A stretch of DNA of 24,000 nucleotides from Lachnospiraceae bacterium (GCA_031548165.1 JAVBRI010000008.1:41084-65083), one strand, 5' to 3'; shown: positions 7,438 to 15,847, numbered from the stretch's first letter. Notes: generated by a model from the sequence alone, not told the origin. Translations and numbers: made by a program.

Positions 7438-7971
7438 CTAATCTTCCTCTGACTTAGTAGAAATCTTTTTAATAACTAAAGCAACAAAGATAACTGCTGT
7501 AAAGAGAAAACAAGGAAGACTTACGCTTTTGTAAGTTAATATACCATCTGATATAAATAATCCATGTTTATAAGCGCTATAAGATGAAAAACCATTTGAC
7601 AATGATATAAGTCCAAATACAAGGATCATCATGTTGATATTATCATTGATTGCAAGGTATGCGTCTTTCCAAATGCAATATACAGCAAAAACACAAACGG
7701 AAATAGCAATACCAAAAACTCCTGATACTAAAGGGTCAGCTAAAGTTTTATCTATAAAAATTGAAAAGCAGCCATATAAAGCATTATAGGCTAAAAGAGT
7801 ATAGAAACCATATGCATATCCTTTACCCTGTATGATTTTTTGTCGTTCATCATATTTATCTATTTTTGTGTTAGAATTTACTTTTTTTTTAATTAAACTA
7901 ATTAGTAAAGTTAATAATATAAAAGTGGCTATAAATATAATAAGTGGAATCATGTTATTTTCTGAGTTCAT
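7438..7971 (-). CDS. Integral membrane protein (4-5 TM helices), co-operonic with the mini-HTH regulator
   Basis: Hydrophobic segments IPLIIFIATFILLTLLISLI, YGFYTLLAYNALYGCFSIFI, VSGVFGIAISVCVFAVYCIW, MMILVFGLISL, LPCFLFTAVIFVALVI. Start moved to ATG 7971 (AAAGGAGA RBS 7-8 nt upstream) because the track start at 8019 lies upstream of the predicted -10 element. Confidence 0.7.
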   Translation of the reverse strand: MNSENNMIPLIIFIATFILLTLLISLIKKKVNSNTKIDKYDERQKIIQGKGYAYGFYTLLAYNALYGCFSIFIDKTLADPLVSGVFGIAISVCVFAVYCIWKDAYLAINDNINMMILVFGLISLSNGFSSYSAYKHGLFISDGILTYKSVSLPCFLFTAVIFVALVIKKISTKSEED

Positions 7972-8009
7972 TTTTAATGTATCTCCTTTGATATTTATTT
8001 TATAAATTA

Positions 8010-8038
8010 ATAATATCATTTAGCTTACAAAATGTCAA
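8010..8038 (-). promoter_or_regulatory. Sigma-A type promoter for the membrane-protein/mini-HTH operon
   Basis: Minus strand TTGACA (8038..8033), 17-nt spacer, TATTAT (8015..8010). Confidence 0.5.
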
Positions 8039-8050
8039 ATATAATTTACA

Positions 8051-9070
8051 TTAAGTCGTATAAATCTTATTGCGATAGGCAGCAGGTGTAATACCATAAT
8101 ACTTTTTATATTCTTTTTCAAAGGAGCTACGCTGAACATAACCGATGTGCTCTGCAATTTGCTCTATTGATTGGTTAGTTCCTGAAAGAAGTTTATTTGC
8201 AGTTTTCATTTTGAATTGCCTTAAATACTCTGTAAAAGTCATACCGACATGACTGGAAATAAATGAAGAAAGATATACCTGCGTGTAATGAAAATGCTCA
8301 GCAATTGATTTTAATGAGACAGTAGCATAATTATCACTTATGTAGGATATGATTTGTGCTATTTGAAGCTCATTTTTTCTATCGTGAATAGTATATGAAG
8401 ATTTAAGTGAACGAGATAATTCTATAAGTAATGCTGAAAATAAAATCATCATCATGTCTTTATTATGTTTATCATTATTATAATGTTCTTTAATTATAGA
8501 AAGAAGGTAATATTGGGCGGGACTACCTTCTTTTATTTGAAAATCAAGAGTTTCAGGTCGTTTATTATTTCCATAAATTGAATCAATAAAAAAATCCATA
8601 AACAAGTCATTGTCTGGAAGCATATGGACTAGAGAATTAGAAAATAAATTTTTTCTCACAAGGATGTTTACAAGGATACTGCCATCACTTGGAACAAGAA
8701 CGGCATGCTTAATATTTGTATTAAATATCCATGTAGAGCCTTCTGGTAAAGTGTAATAATTAGAATCAAGCCTACCATAGCAGGTTCCTCTAAGAATAAA
8801 AAATAGCTCAAAGAATTCGTGACTGTGCATATTGGCATTTTGCAAGATATTTATATCTGATGGAACATGACCAAATCTATAGGGAAAGTCAATATAGACC
8901 TTAATATCCTCGCTAGGGTCAAAAACAAAGTCTTCGGTGTATTGCTCTAAATGTGATTTTAATTTATTTGGCTCAAGTAATAATTTGCTTTCTTTGTCCT
9001 GCCATTCTATAATATGTATAGGATTTTGAATTACTTGATCAACAAGTTGATTTACTTCATCTTTTAACAT
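8051..9070 (-). CDS. AraC-family transcriptional regulator (cupin-type sensor domain + C-terminal double HTH)
   Basis: MHSHEFFELFFILRGTCYG is an AraC-type cupin. The C-terminus LKSIAEHFHYTQVYLSSFISSHVGMTFTEYLRQFKMKTANKLLSGTNQSIEQIAEHIGYVQRSSFEKEYKKYYGITPAAYR is HTH_18/AraC. Start set at ATG 9070 (AGGAG 9 nt upstream); the track start at 9109 has no RBS. Divergent from the GH78 gene. Confidence 0.85.
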   Translation of the reverse strand: MLKDEVNQLVDQVIQNPIHIIEWQDKESKLLLEPNKLKSHLEQYTEDFVFDPSEDIKVYIDFPYRFGHVPSDINILQNANMHSHEFFELFFILRGTCYGRLDSNYYTLPEGSTWIFNTNIKHAVLVPSDGSILVNILVRKNLFSNSLVHMLPDNDLFMDFFIDSIYGNNKRPETLDFQIKEGSPAQYYLLSIIKEHYNNDKHNKDMMMILFSALLIELSRSLKSSYTIHDRKNELQIAQIISYISDNYATVSLKSIAEHFHYTQVYLSSFISSHVGMTFTEYLRQFKMKTANKLLSGTNQSIEQIAEHIGYVQRSSFEKEYKKYYGITPAAYRNKIYTT

Positions 9071-9205
9071 GGCTTTTACTCCTGTTTTTGTAATATTAAA
9101 ATTGAACATAAAACTAAGTACCTTAAGACATATATTAACGTAAATATGTATGTTATCATCTTATCATAGGACATAGGTAAAGTCAATTTTATAGGAGGTA
9201 ACGAT

Positions 9206-12200
9206 GTGAAAAAGAAGAAAATCAAAATAATATGTGCAGCAGTTGTATTGCTAGGAATTGTAACAGGAGTGATAATTATGAGTAAAGAAAAGAAAGATAT
9301 TGATGATGGAGTATTAGATGAGACAACGAAGATTACTAATCTTACAGTAGGCTATATGGAAAATCCTTTAGGAATATCATCAGATGGAGTTTCATTTTCA
9401 TGGAAAATGGCATCAAAATTAGTTGGACAATCTCAGAAAGCATATGAGATAAGTGTGACAAAAGAAGATGGTACACAAGTATGGAATAGTGGGAAAGTAA
9501 ACACAGATAAATCAGTAGGGATAGGATATGCTGGAAATGAACTTGAAGCATCCACAAGATATAATTGGGAAGTAAAGGTTTGGGCAACTAAAGGTGGATA
9601 TTGTACTTCAGAAAAAATGTTTTTTGAAACAGGCATTACAGGAGAGGAAGTATGGGAAGAAACACCATTTATCTCACTAAGTTCAGCTACTGATATAGCA
9701 CCAATATTTAGAACTGAGCAGGCAATGCAGGGTGATAAGAAAGTAAAACAAGCAAGGCTTTATATTACATCTATTGGTGTATACAAGGCTTATGTTAATG
9801 GCGAAACAGTAGGTAAAGAGGATTATATGACACCTGGTTATGGAGATGGTTCACGTTCTATTGCATACCAGACTTATGATGTAACAGATATGTTGACAAA
9901 TCAAACAGATATTGCAATTACTGTAGTGGTTGGAACTGGATGGAGTAATAGTCAGGGTAGTGATGTGGCTGGCGGTACTACAAATAAGGTAGCAGTAAAG
10001 GCACTTATGATAGTTGAATATGAAGATGGAAGTGTACAAAATATTACCACAGATACCCAAAATTGGTGGGCTACACTTAGTGGACCAGTAACAGCAAGTG
10101 GTATATTTTATGGGGAAGATTACGATGCAGGAAGAGAAATTTTGTTAGGAGATTACAAGCAAGTCGGTTATACATATAATGAACTTTGGATAAATAGCAA
10201 AGAAAAAACTGGCGGCAGTCAAGTGTATATGATATCAAATGAATTTGATTTAGTGAAAACAAAACACTTAAGAATATCAGTTAAACAGACAGGCCCAGCT
10301 ACTGCAGACGATAGAGAAAATAGACTGCAAATCATGGAATTAATAGGATATAATGATGCAGGAGAAAATGTATTAAGTGAAAAAAAGGCAAGGATTAGTA
10401 ACAATAATGAGCTTGCAAATTATGGCTGGTCTGCTAATCATTTGACAGATGGAGATACAGGGGAGGTAAGTGGAAAAGGCTATACATCTGAAATACTTGG
10501 AACAGATGGAAAAGAAGAGTTTGATTTAGATAAACCAATTACTATAGATTTTGCATTTGAAAAAGAAACCTCATTAAAAGAACTTGTATTTTACGGAAGA
10601 ACAGGAAAAACATCTGTTGTATCGGGAGTGTGTCCGAATTATCCTAAAATATATTCTATTCAAATATCAGATGATGGAAATAACTGGACTGATATTGTAA
10701 GTGATTATGAAGTTGGATTATTAGAAAATGGAAACGATGATATAAGCAGTATGTATCTTACTACTATTAATTATGTGGGTAAAATAAAAGAAGATCCAGC
10801 TTCAACAGGAAAAATAATAGATGGGTTTTCAAAAGATGCAGTTAATGTTGTGACATATTCTGGATATAAAGAAAATTCTGAATATGTAGGTGGAGAGATA
10901 GAAGTAGATAATGAATATAGCGGACGGGATATATTTAGAGATGGTATAGCATTAAAAAGTGGTCAAACAATGATTATAAACATGGGTCAAAATATGACAG
11001 CAATTCCATATATAAAGATATCAGGAGCAAAGGGAGAAAGCGTAACAATAAGATTTGGTGAAATGCTAAATGATGGAAGTAGTGTAACGAAAGAATTTGT
11101 AAGTGGTTCACATAATGCCAGTGGTCCAAAAGGAACATTATATACTCATAGCTTGAGAACAGCTAGGTCATCAGTTTGTTATACATTTGGTTCTGATGAT
11201 ATAGAAGAGTATCAGACAACAATGTCATTTTTTGGATATCAATATATAGAGATTACAGCTACAACAGATATTGTTATCTATGACATTTGCTCTAAGGCGG
11301 TATCATCACTTACGCAGCAATCAGGCTATATAGAAACTAATAATAGTGATGTAAATAAATTATTTAGTAATGTGCTATATGGTCAGCTTAGTAATTATTT
11401 TACTATGATCACAGATTGCCCACAAAGAGATGAGAGAAAAGGCTGGACAGGAGATGCGCAAGTTTTTGCCCAGACTGGACTTTATAATTTCAATGCACTT
11501 GCATTTCAAAATAGTTATCAGAATAAGTTATCAGCATCAACAAAGTCAAAGGGTTATGCATCAGCAGTTTTATCAGGATGGGATTTCTTTAGTAATTGGG
11601 CATCAGGTTGGAGTGATGTAGAGATAATAAATGTCTGGACGATGTATAAGCAAACAGGTGATATATCTATAGTAAAAACCAATTGGGAAGCCATGAATAC
11701 GTATATGGAATATCTAAAAAAACATGAGAGAAAAGACTACATGGCTCCAAGGCAAGATACAACAGGATATGGAGATTGGTTAGCATTCCAAGGAACAGGA
11801 TATGAAGTAATTGCAGATTATTATTATGGTTATGTAAATATGTTGATGGGCAAAATGGCAGAAATAGTAGATGATGGAGATAAAGAGACATATTATAATG
11901 ATTATTTTGAAAAACTAAAGGAGACATTTTTAGATACTCATGTGGTATATAATGGGGATAAAAATTTGCTCATTAAGTCAGGAACAGGTTCATCAGTAAT
12001 GCAAAATAAAGGTGGAGTGAAAGAAGATAACTCCCAGACAGCATTATTATGGATGTTAAAGCTTGGATATTATACAGATGATAATATGAGAGATGAAGCG
12101 ATTAGGCTTCTTGTAGAAAACATTAAAAATGTAAATCCATCAGAAACTAGTATTCGTTCAAAGTATGGTGAGAATAGTCTTTCAGTAGGATTTCTAGGAG

Positions 12201-12820
12201 TAAATGTTATTGCTCCAGTGTTATCAGATAATGGATATAGTGATGTGGCATATGATTTGTTATTAAATACGCAGTGTCCATCTTGGCTTTTTGAAGTAAA
12301 GCAAGGTGCTACAACAATATGGGAAAGATGGGATTCTTATAGTGTAGAAGATGGATTCGGTGATTGTGAGATGAATTCATTTAATCATTTTTCTTATGGT
12401 GCGGTGGTGGAATGGATGTATAAATATATGGCAGGTATATGTGCAGATGAAGCAGATGCAGGATTTAAGCATATAATATTGCAGCCAACCATAGATAAGG
12501 GAATAAAGTATAATGATGAAGATAGAATTAGTAATGTAAAGGCATCTTATGAATCTTATTATGGAACGATTGTTTCAAACTGGATAGCAGAGAATGGAAA
12601 AATAAAATCATATCATGTTGAAATTCCTGCAAATACAACAGCTACAGTTTATCTTCCTGTTGAGGAAATGGAAATTCAGAATGTGGATTCTGTAGAATAT
12701 ATAGGTATCACAGAACATAATGGTGAGAGGGTTGCTGAGTTTAGTATTGTATCAGGTGGATATGATTTTGTAGTAGAAGATGGTAAGATGGTTGTAAAAG
12801 TAACAGAAGGTTATTATTAA
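9206..12820 (+). CDS. Alpha-L-rhamnosidase, glycoside hydrolase family 78, N-terminal signal-anchor, internal F5/8-type-C (discoidin/CBM32-like) insertion
   Basis: GTG start with AGGAGG 6 nt upstream. KKKKIKIICAAVVLLGIVTGVIIM is a membrane anchor. PIFRTEQ...ARLYITSIGVYKAYVNGETVG is Bac_rhamnosid_N. DCPQRDERKGWTGDAQVF is the GH78 catalytic-domain signature. WERWDS...NSFNHFSYGAVVEWMY is the six-hairpin C-terminal part. 10230-10740 encodes NHLTDGDTGE...KIYSIQISDDGNNWTDIV (discoidin-like). Confidence 0.9.
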   Translation: MKKKKIKIICAAVVLLGIVTGVIIMSKEKKDIDDGVLDETTKITNLTVGYMENPLGISSDGVSFSWKMASKLVGQSQKAYEISVTKEDGTQVWNSGKVNTDKSVGIGYAGNELEASTRYNWEVKVWATKGGYCTSEKMFFETGITGEEVWEETPFISLSSATDIAPIFRTEQAMQGDKKVKQARLYITSIGVYKAYVNGETVGKEDYMTPGYGDGSRSIAYQTYDVTDMLTNQTDIAITVVVGTGWSNSQGSDVAGGTTNKVAVKALMIVEYEDGSVQNITTDTQNWWATLSGPVTASGIFYGEDYDAGREILLGDYKQVGYTYNELWINSKEKTGGSQVYMISNEFDLVKTKHLRISVKQTGPATADDRENRLQIMELIGYNDAGENVLSEKKARISNNNELANYGWSANHLTDGDTGEVSGKGYTSEILGTDGKEEFDLDKPITIDFAFEKETSLKELVFYGRTGKTSVVSGVCPNYPKIYSIQISDDGNNWTDIVSDYEVGLLENGNDDISSMYLTTINYVGKIKEDPASTGKIIDGFSKDAVNVVTYSGYKENSEYVGGEIEVDNEYSGRDIFRDGIALKSGQTMIINMGQNMTAIPYIKISGAKGESVTIRFGEMLNDGSSVTKEFVSGSHNASGPKGTLYTHSLRTARSSVCYTFGSDDIEEYQTTMSFFGYQYIEITATTDIVIYDICSKAVSSLTQQSGYIETNNSDVNKLFSNVLYGQLSNYFTMITDCPQRDERKGWTGDAQVFAQTGLYNFNALAFQNSYQNKLSASTKSKGYASAVLSGWDFFSNWASGWSDVEIINVWTMYKQTGDISIVKTNWEAMNTYMEYLKKHERKDYMAPRQDTTGYGDWLAFQGTGYEVIADYYYGYVNMLMGKMAEIVDDGDKETYYNDYFEKLKETFLDTHVVYNGDKNLLIKSGTGSSVMQNKGGVKEDNSQTALLWMLKLGYYTDDNMRDEAIRLLVENIKNVNPSETSIRSKYGENSLSVGFLGVNVIAPVLSDNGYSDVAYDLLLNTQCPSWLFEVKQGATTIWERWDSYSVEDGFGDCEMNSFNHFSYGAVVEWMYKYMAGICADEADAGFKHIILQPTIDKGIKYNDEDRISNVKASYESYYGTIVSNWIAENGKIKSYHVEIPANTTATVYLPVEEMEIQNVDSVEYIGITEHNGERVAEFSIVSGGYDFVVEDGKMVVKVTEGYY

Positions 12821-12841
12821 ATTTAAGAATATCAAAATTTG

Positions 12842-12870
12842 TTGACCATTAATAAATATAAAGTTATAAT
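12842..12870 (+). promoter_or_regulatory. Sigma-A type promoter for the carbonic anhydrase gene
   Basis: TTGACC (12842-12847), 17-nt spacer, TATAAT (12865-12870), 40 nt upstream of the ATG. Confidence 0.55.
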
Positions 12871-12909
12871 TATAGAGTTATAGAAACGAATGGAGATAGA
12901 GGTTAAATT

Positions 12910-13452
12910 ATGATTGACGAAATACTAAAATACAATAAAGAATTTGTTGAAAGCAAAGGTTATGAGAAATATATTACAAGTAAATATCCAGATAAAAAAA
13001 TTGCTATAGTAACTTGTATGGATACAAGATTAACAAAATTATTACCAGCAGCACTAGGTCTTAAAAATGGTGATGTTAAAATTATAAAAAATGCAGGTGG
13101 AATTATTTCACATCCGTTTGGAAGTGCGATGCGAAGTTTGCTTATAGGAATTTATGAATTAGATGTTCAAGAGATTTTAGTAATTGGTCATACTGATTGT
13201 GGAGCTAAGTACACAGATAGTGAAAAAATGATTGGAAAAATGAAGGCTAGTGGAATAAAACAACAGAACATAGATATGATAAAATATGTTGGTATTGATT
13301 TTAATTCATGGTTATCAGGATTTAAAGATTTAGATGTTTCTATAAAAAAGAGTGTAAATCTTATACGTAAACATCCATTAGTTCCTGCTGAAGTAATGAT
13401 AAGTGGATTAATTATAGATTCTTTAACAGGAGAATTAAAAAAAGTAGATTAG
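12910..13452 (+). CDS. Beta-class carbonic anhydrase
   Basis: Zinc-ligand motifs CMDTR (IAIVTCMDTRL) and HTDCG (LVIGHTDCGA) with appropriate spacing; 180 aa; RBS GGAGATAGAGG. Confidence 0.9.
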   Translation: MIDEILKYNKEFVESKGYEKYITSKYPDKKIAIVTCMDTRLTKLLPAALGLKNGDVKIIKNAGGIISHPFGSAMRSLLIGIYELDVQEILVIGHTDCGAKYTDSEKMIGKMKASGIKQQNIDMIKYVGIDFNSWLSGFKDLDVSIKKSVNLIRKHPLVPAEVMISGLIIDSLTGELKKVD

Positions 13453-13462
13453 TTAGTATAAA

Positions 13463-13507
13463 AAGTGTCTTAAACCGTATTAAAATGGTGTTTAAGACAC
13501 TTTTTTT
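13463..13507 (+). terminator. Rho-independent terminator
   Basis: Perfect 13-bp stem AAGTGTCTTAAAC (13463-13475) / GTTTAAGACACTT (13490-13502) followed by a T-run to 13507. Confidence 0.8.
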
Positions 13508-13672
13508 GTAGTAGAAAATAGTTAAGTTGATTAAGAGTAAGAATAACTAAAGTGGTTATAATATAACAAAATCAAGTATAAATGTCCACATGATGATAAA
13601 ATATAACATAAATATAAAGGGCGGATGTAGGGGTTAAAAATTATTTTTCAATACTCACAAGAGGTGAAGGCA

Positions 13673-13945
13673 ATGGTTAAAATTCATTTATCAAGACTTC
13701 TAGGTGAAAGACGGTGGACACAATCAGATTTGTCAAAAGTAACAGGGATTAGACCTTCAACAATCAATGAATGGTATCATGAGATTATACAACGTTTAAA
13801 TGTGGATCATATAGACAAAATATGTGAAGCACTTAATTGTTCAGTAACAGACTTAATTGAATACATTCCCGATGAGAAGAAAAAGACTGGAAAAAACTTA
13901 ATTCTTGAAGAACATGGAAATCGAAAATCGCATAGAAGCAAATAA
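13673..13945 (+). CDS. XRE-family HTH DNA-binding protein (90 aa)
   Basis: HLSRLLGERRWTQSDLSKVTGIRPSTINEWYHEIIQRLNVDHIDKICEALNCSVTDLIEY is an HTH_26/XRE-like domain. ATG 13673 is preferred over the track GTG 13664 because AGAGGTGA sits 5-6 nt upstream of it. Confidence 0.75.
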   Translation: MVKIHLSRLLGERRWTQSDLSKVTGIRPSTINEWYHEIIQRLNVDHIDKICEALNCSVTDLIEYIPDEKKKTGKNLILEEHGNRKSHRSK

Positions 13946-13953
13946 TAAAAATG

Positions 13954-13990
13954 AAAGTTTAAAGCAATATATTTGTTTTAAACTTTTTTT
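13954..13990 (+). terminator. Weak AT-rich Rho-independent terminator
   Basis: AAAGTTTAAA (13954-13963) / TTTAAACTTT (13977-13986) followed by a T-run. The stem has only one G:C pair, hence low confidence. Confidence 0.4.
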
Positions 13991-14050
13991 AGAATGTTCT
14001 TTGGATAATGTTCATAATAACAGAAAAAGGATAGTATTCAATTTAATATA

Positions 14051-14079
14051 TTGACAAAAATCAATATAAAGTATATAAT
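14051..14079 (+). promoter_or_regulatory. Consensus sigma-A promoter of the arsR-hgcAB operon
   Basis: TTGACA (14051-14056), exactly 17-nt spacer, TATAAT (14074-14079). Confidence 0.7.
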
Positions 14080-14114
14080 ACCTCATATCGAAAATAATCA
14101 ATATGAGGTATTAT
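14075..14114. promoter_or_regulatory. Inverted-repeat operator (14-bp arms, 12-bp spacer) overlapping the -10, the transcription start site and the arsR RBS
   Basis: ATAATACCTCATAT (14075-14088) and ATATGAGGTATTAT (14101-14114) are perfect reverse complements. The left arm starts inside the -10 hexamer and the right arm contains the GAGG RBS (14105-14108). Confidence 0.6.
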
Positions 14115-14115
14115 T

Positions 14116-14451
14116 ATGCAAGATGAATACAAAGAACAAGCAAAAGTATTTAAAGCCTGTTGTGATGAAACAAGAATTATGGTTTTATCACTTTTGCAAA
14201 GTGGTGAGAAGTGTGCCTGTGTACTTCTTGAAAAAGTGAATGTAGGTCAGCCAACACTTTCACATCATATGAAGATTCTTGTTGATAGTGGTGTTGTTTC
14301 AGCGCGTAAACAAGGTAAGTGGACGTATTATTCAATTGATGAAAGTGGAAGTGAGAAAGCAAAAGAATTACTTAATTTATTAACTACCGTAAAAAAAGAT
14401 TCGGCTAGTTCCGAACTTTGTGAAAGTGAGGAGGGGTGTTGTAATGAGTAA
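14116..14451 (+). CDS. arsR: ArsR/SmtB-family metalloregulatory repressor (hgcAB-associated)
   Basis: CDETRIMVLSLLQSGEKCACVLLEKVNVGQPTLSHHMKILVDSGVVSARKQGKWTYYSI is the ArsR wHTH with the alpha3 CxC site (C33, C35). There are extra Cys pairs at C15-C16 and C102/C108-C109. The stop overlaps the hgcA start by 8 nt. Confidence 0.9.
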   Translation: MQDEYKEQAKVFKACCDETRIMVLSLLQSGEKCACVLLEKVNVGQPTLSHHMKILVDSGVVSARKQGKWTYYSIDESGSEKAKELLNLLTTVKKDSASSELCESEEGCCNE

Positions 14452-15520
14452 AAAATGCTGTTGTTGCTGTTCTTCGTCAGAAGAGCCTATTACAAAATAC
14501 GATCTTGCTGAACATTGGATAAAGGGAGAGATTGAAACAGCTAAAGGAAAAGTTCCTGTTATATCTACAAAGCTTACATTTAAAGATAAATTAGGTGCAT
14601 TTAAGGTGCGTTTTAATATAGGTCGAATGAATTATCAAATAAATCCTGGTCTTTATGCAATTGGAAGCCCAGACAGTAATTCACCAGTATTAGTTAGTGC
14701 AAACTATAAATTAACATTTGACATTGTACGAAAAGAACTAGATGGTCTTAACTGTTGGCTAATGATATTAGATACAAAAGGGATTAATGTTTGGTGTGCA
14801 GCAGGAAAAGGTACGTTTGGAACAGATGAAATTATAAATAGAATTAATAAAACTAAGCTATCAGAAATAGTATCACATAAAAGGCTGATATTGCCACAAC
14901 TGGGAGCACCGGGTGTGAGCGCACATGAAATTATAAGACAAACTGGTTTTTCAGTTACATACGGTCCGGTTCGTGCCAGTGATATTAAAGAGTTTTTAAG
15001 AGCCGAATGTAAGGCAACTGATGAAATGAGAGAAGTTAAATTTACTATGAGAGATAGAATGGTGCTGACTCCAGTTGAATTTATTGCAGCAGCAAAAGTA
15101 GCATTATTTGTTTTAGGAATTGTGTTTATCTTAAATCTGTTTGTAGTAAGAACATTCGGAGCAGCTGATTTACTTGCATTTATTGCCGCAATGGTCACTG
15201 GAACTATTATAACACCAATTTTGTTACCGTTTATTCCTGGTAAGGCATTTGCTTTTAAAGGCTGGTTACTTGGTTTGATTATGACTACGTGTATTGTGTG
15301 GTTGAATGGTTGGTTTACAGTAAACTCGGTATTGCTTGTAATTGGTTATTTGCTTGCATTACCGTCTTACTCTGCATTTTTAGCAATGAATTTTACGGGT
15401 TCATCAACTTATACATCTTTTTCAGGTGTGTTAAAAGAAATGAAACTATCAATACCACCGATAATTATTTCAATAACTGTCGGATGTATAATACTCTTAG
15501 TAAAGGCTTTAATTGGATAG
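14444..15520 (+). CDS. hgcA: Mercury-methylation corrinoid protein HgcA (CFeSP-like corrinoid domain + C-terminal transmembrane domain)
   Basis: Diagnostic cap-helix motif GINVWCAAGKGTFGT (NVWCAAGK = 14786-14809, Cys codon 14795-14797). Upstream conserved block SPVLVSANYKLTFD. The C-terminal ~150 aa has about five hydrophobic helices. Start at ATG 14444 with GAGGAGGGG (14428-14436) 7 nt upstream; the track GTG 14420 is less likely. N-terminus is MSKKCCCCCSSS. Confidence 0.9.
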   Translation: MSKKCCCCCSSSEEPITKYDLAEHWIKGEIETAKGKVPVISTKLTFKDKLGAFKVRFNIGRMNYQINPGLYAIGSPDSNSPVLVSANYKLTFDIVRKELDGLNCWLMILDTKGINVWCAAGKGTFGTDEIINRINKTKLSEIVSHKRLILPQLGAPGVSAHEIIRQTGFSVTYGPVRASDIKEFLRAECKATDEMREVKFTMRDRMVLTPVEFIAAAKVALFVLGIVFILNLFVVRTFGAADLLAFIAAMVTGTIITPILLPFIPGKAFAFKGWLLGLIMTTCIVWLNGWFTVNSVLLVIGYLLALPSYSAFLAMNFTGSSTYTSFSGVLKEMKLSIPPIIISITVGCIILLVKALIG

Positions 15521-15534
15521 TATTGGAGGTTTAA

Positions 15535-15828
15535 ATGAAACATAAATATTTAAAAGAGGTTGCTACACTTGAATTATTAACTGATAAATGTATTGGATGT
15601 GGCAGATGTAAAGAAGTTTGTCCACATGCTGTTTTAACAGTTGAAAAAAACAAAGCACAGATAATTGATAAAAATGCTTGTATGGAATGTGGTGCATGTA
15701 TGAAAAACTGCCCTACACAGGCTATTAGTGTTAATGCAGGGGTTGGCTGTGTATCAGCTGTAATTCGTGGTTGGCTTACAAATAGTGAACCAAGCTGCGA
15801 TTGTTCTGGTGGTAGTGATTGTTGTTAG
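15535..15828 (+). CDS. hgcB: Mercury-methylation ferredoxin HgcB (2x[4Fe-4S])
   Basis: Two CX2CX2CX3CP motifs (CIGCGRCKEVCP, CMECGACMKNCP). The conserved GVGC segment and C-terminal tail SCDCSGGSDCC end in the vicinal Cys pair characteristic of HgcB. GGAGG RBS; 14 nt after the hgcA stop. Confidence 0.87.
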   Translation: MKHKYLKEVATLELLTDKCIGCGRCKEVCPHAVLTVEKNKAQIIDKNACMECGACMKNCPTQAISVNAGVGCVSAVIRGWLTNSEPSCDCSGGSDCC

Positions 15829-15847
15829 TAGGAAGGAAGAAATATAA

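Noticed and set aside
14051-14239. 62-aa ORF starting at the TTGACA box, and 14420 GTG start for hgcA
   Set aside because: The first begins with the -35 hexamer itself and is out of frame with the well-supported arsR. For hgcA, the ATG at 14444 has a GAGGAGGGG RBS at ideal spacing, whereas GTG 14420 has none.
14704-15198. 164-aa minus-strand ORF inside hgcA
   Set aside because: It is antisense to the strongly supported hgcA frame (NVWCAAGK motif), with no RBS and low-complexity sequence. Shadow ORF.
15289-15534. 81-aa alternative-frame ORF at the end of hgcA
   Set aside because: It lies in a different frame within the hgcA transmembrane region and has no RBS. The hgcA frame continues with coherent TM helices to 15520.
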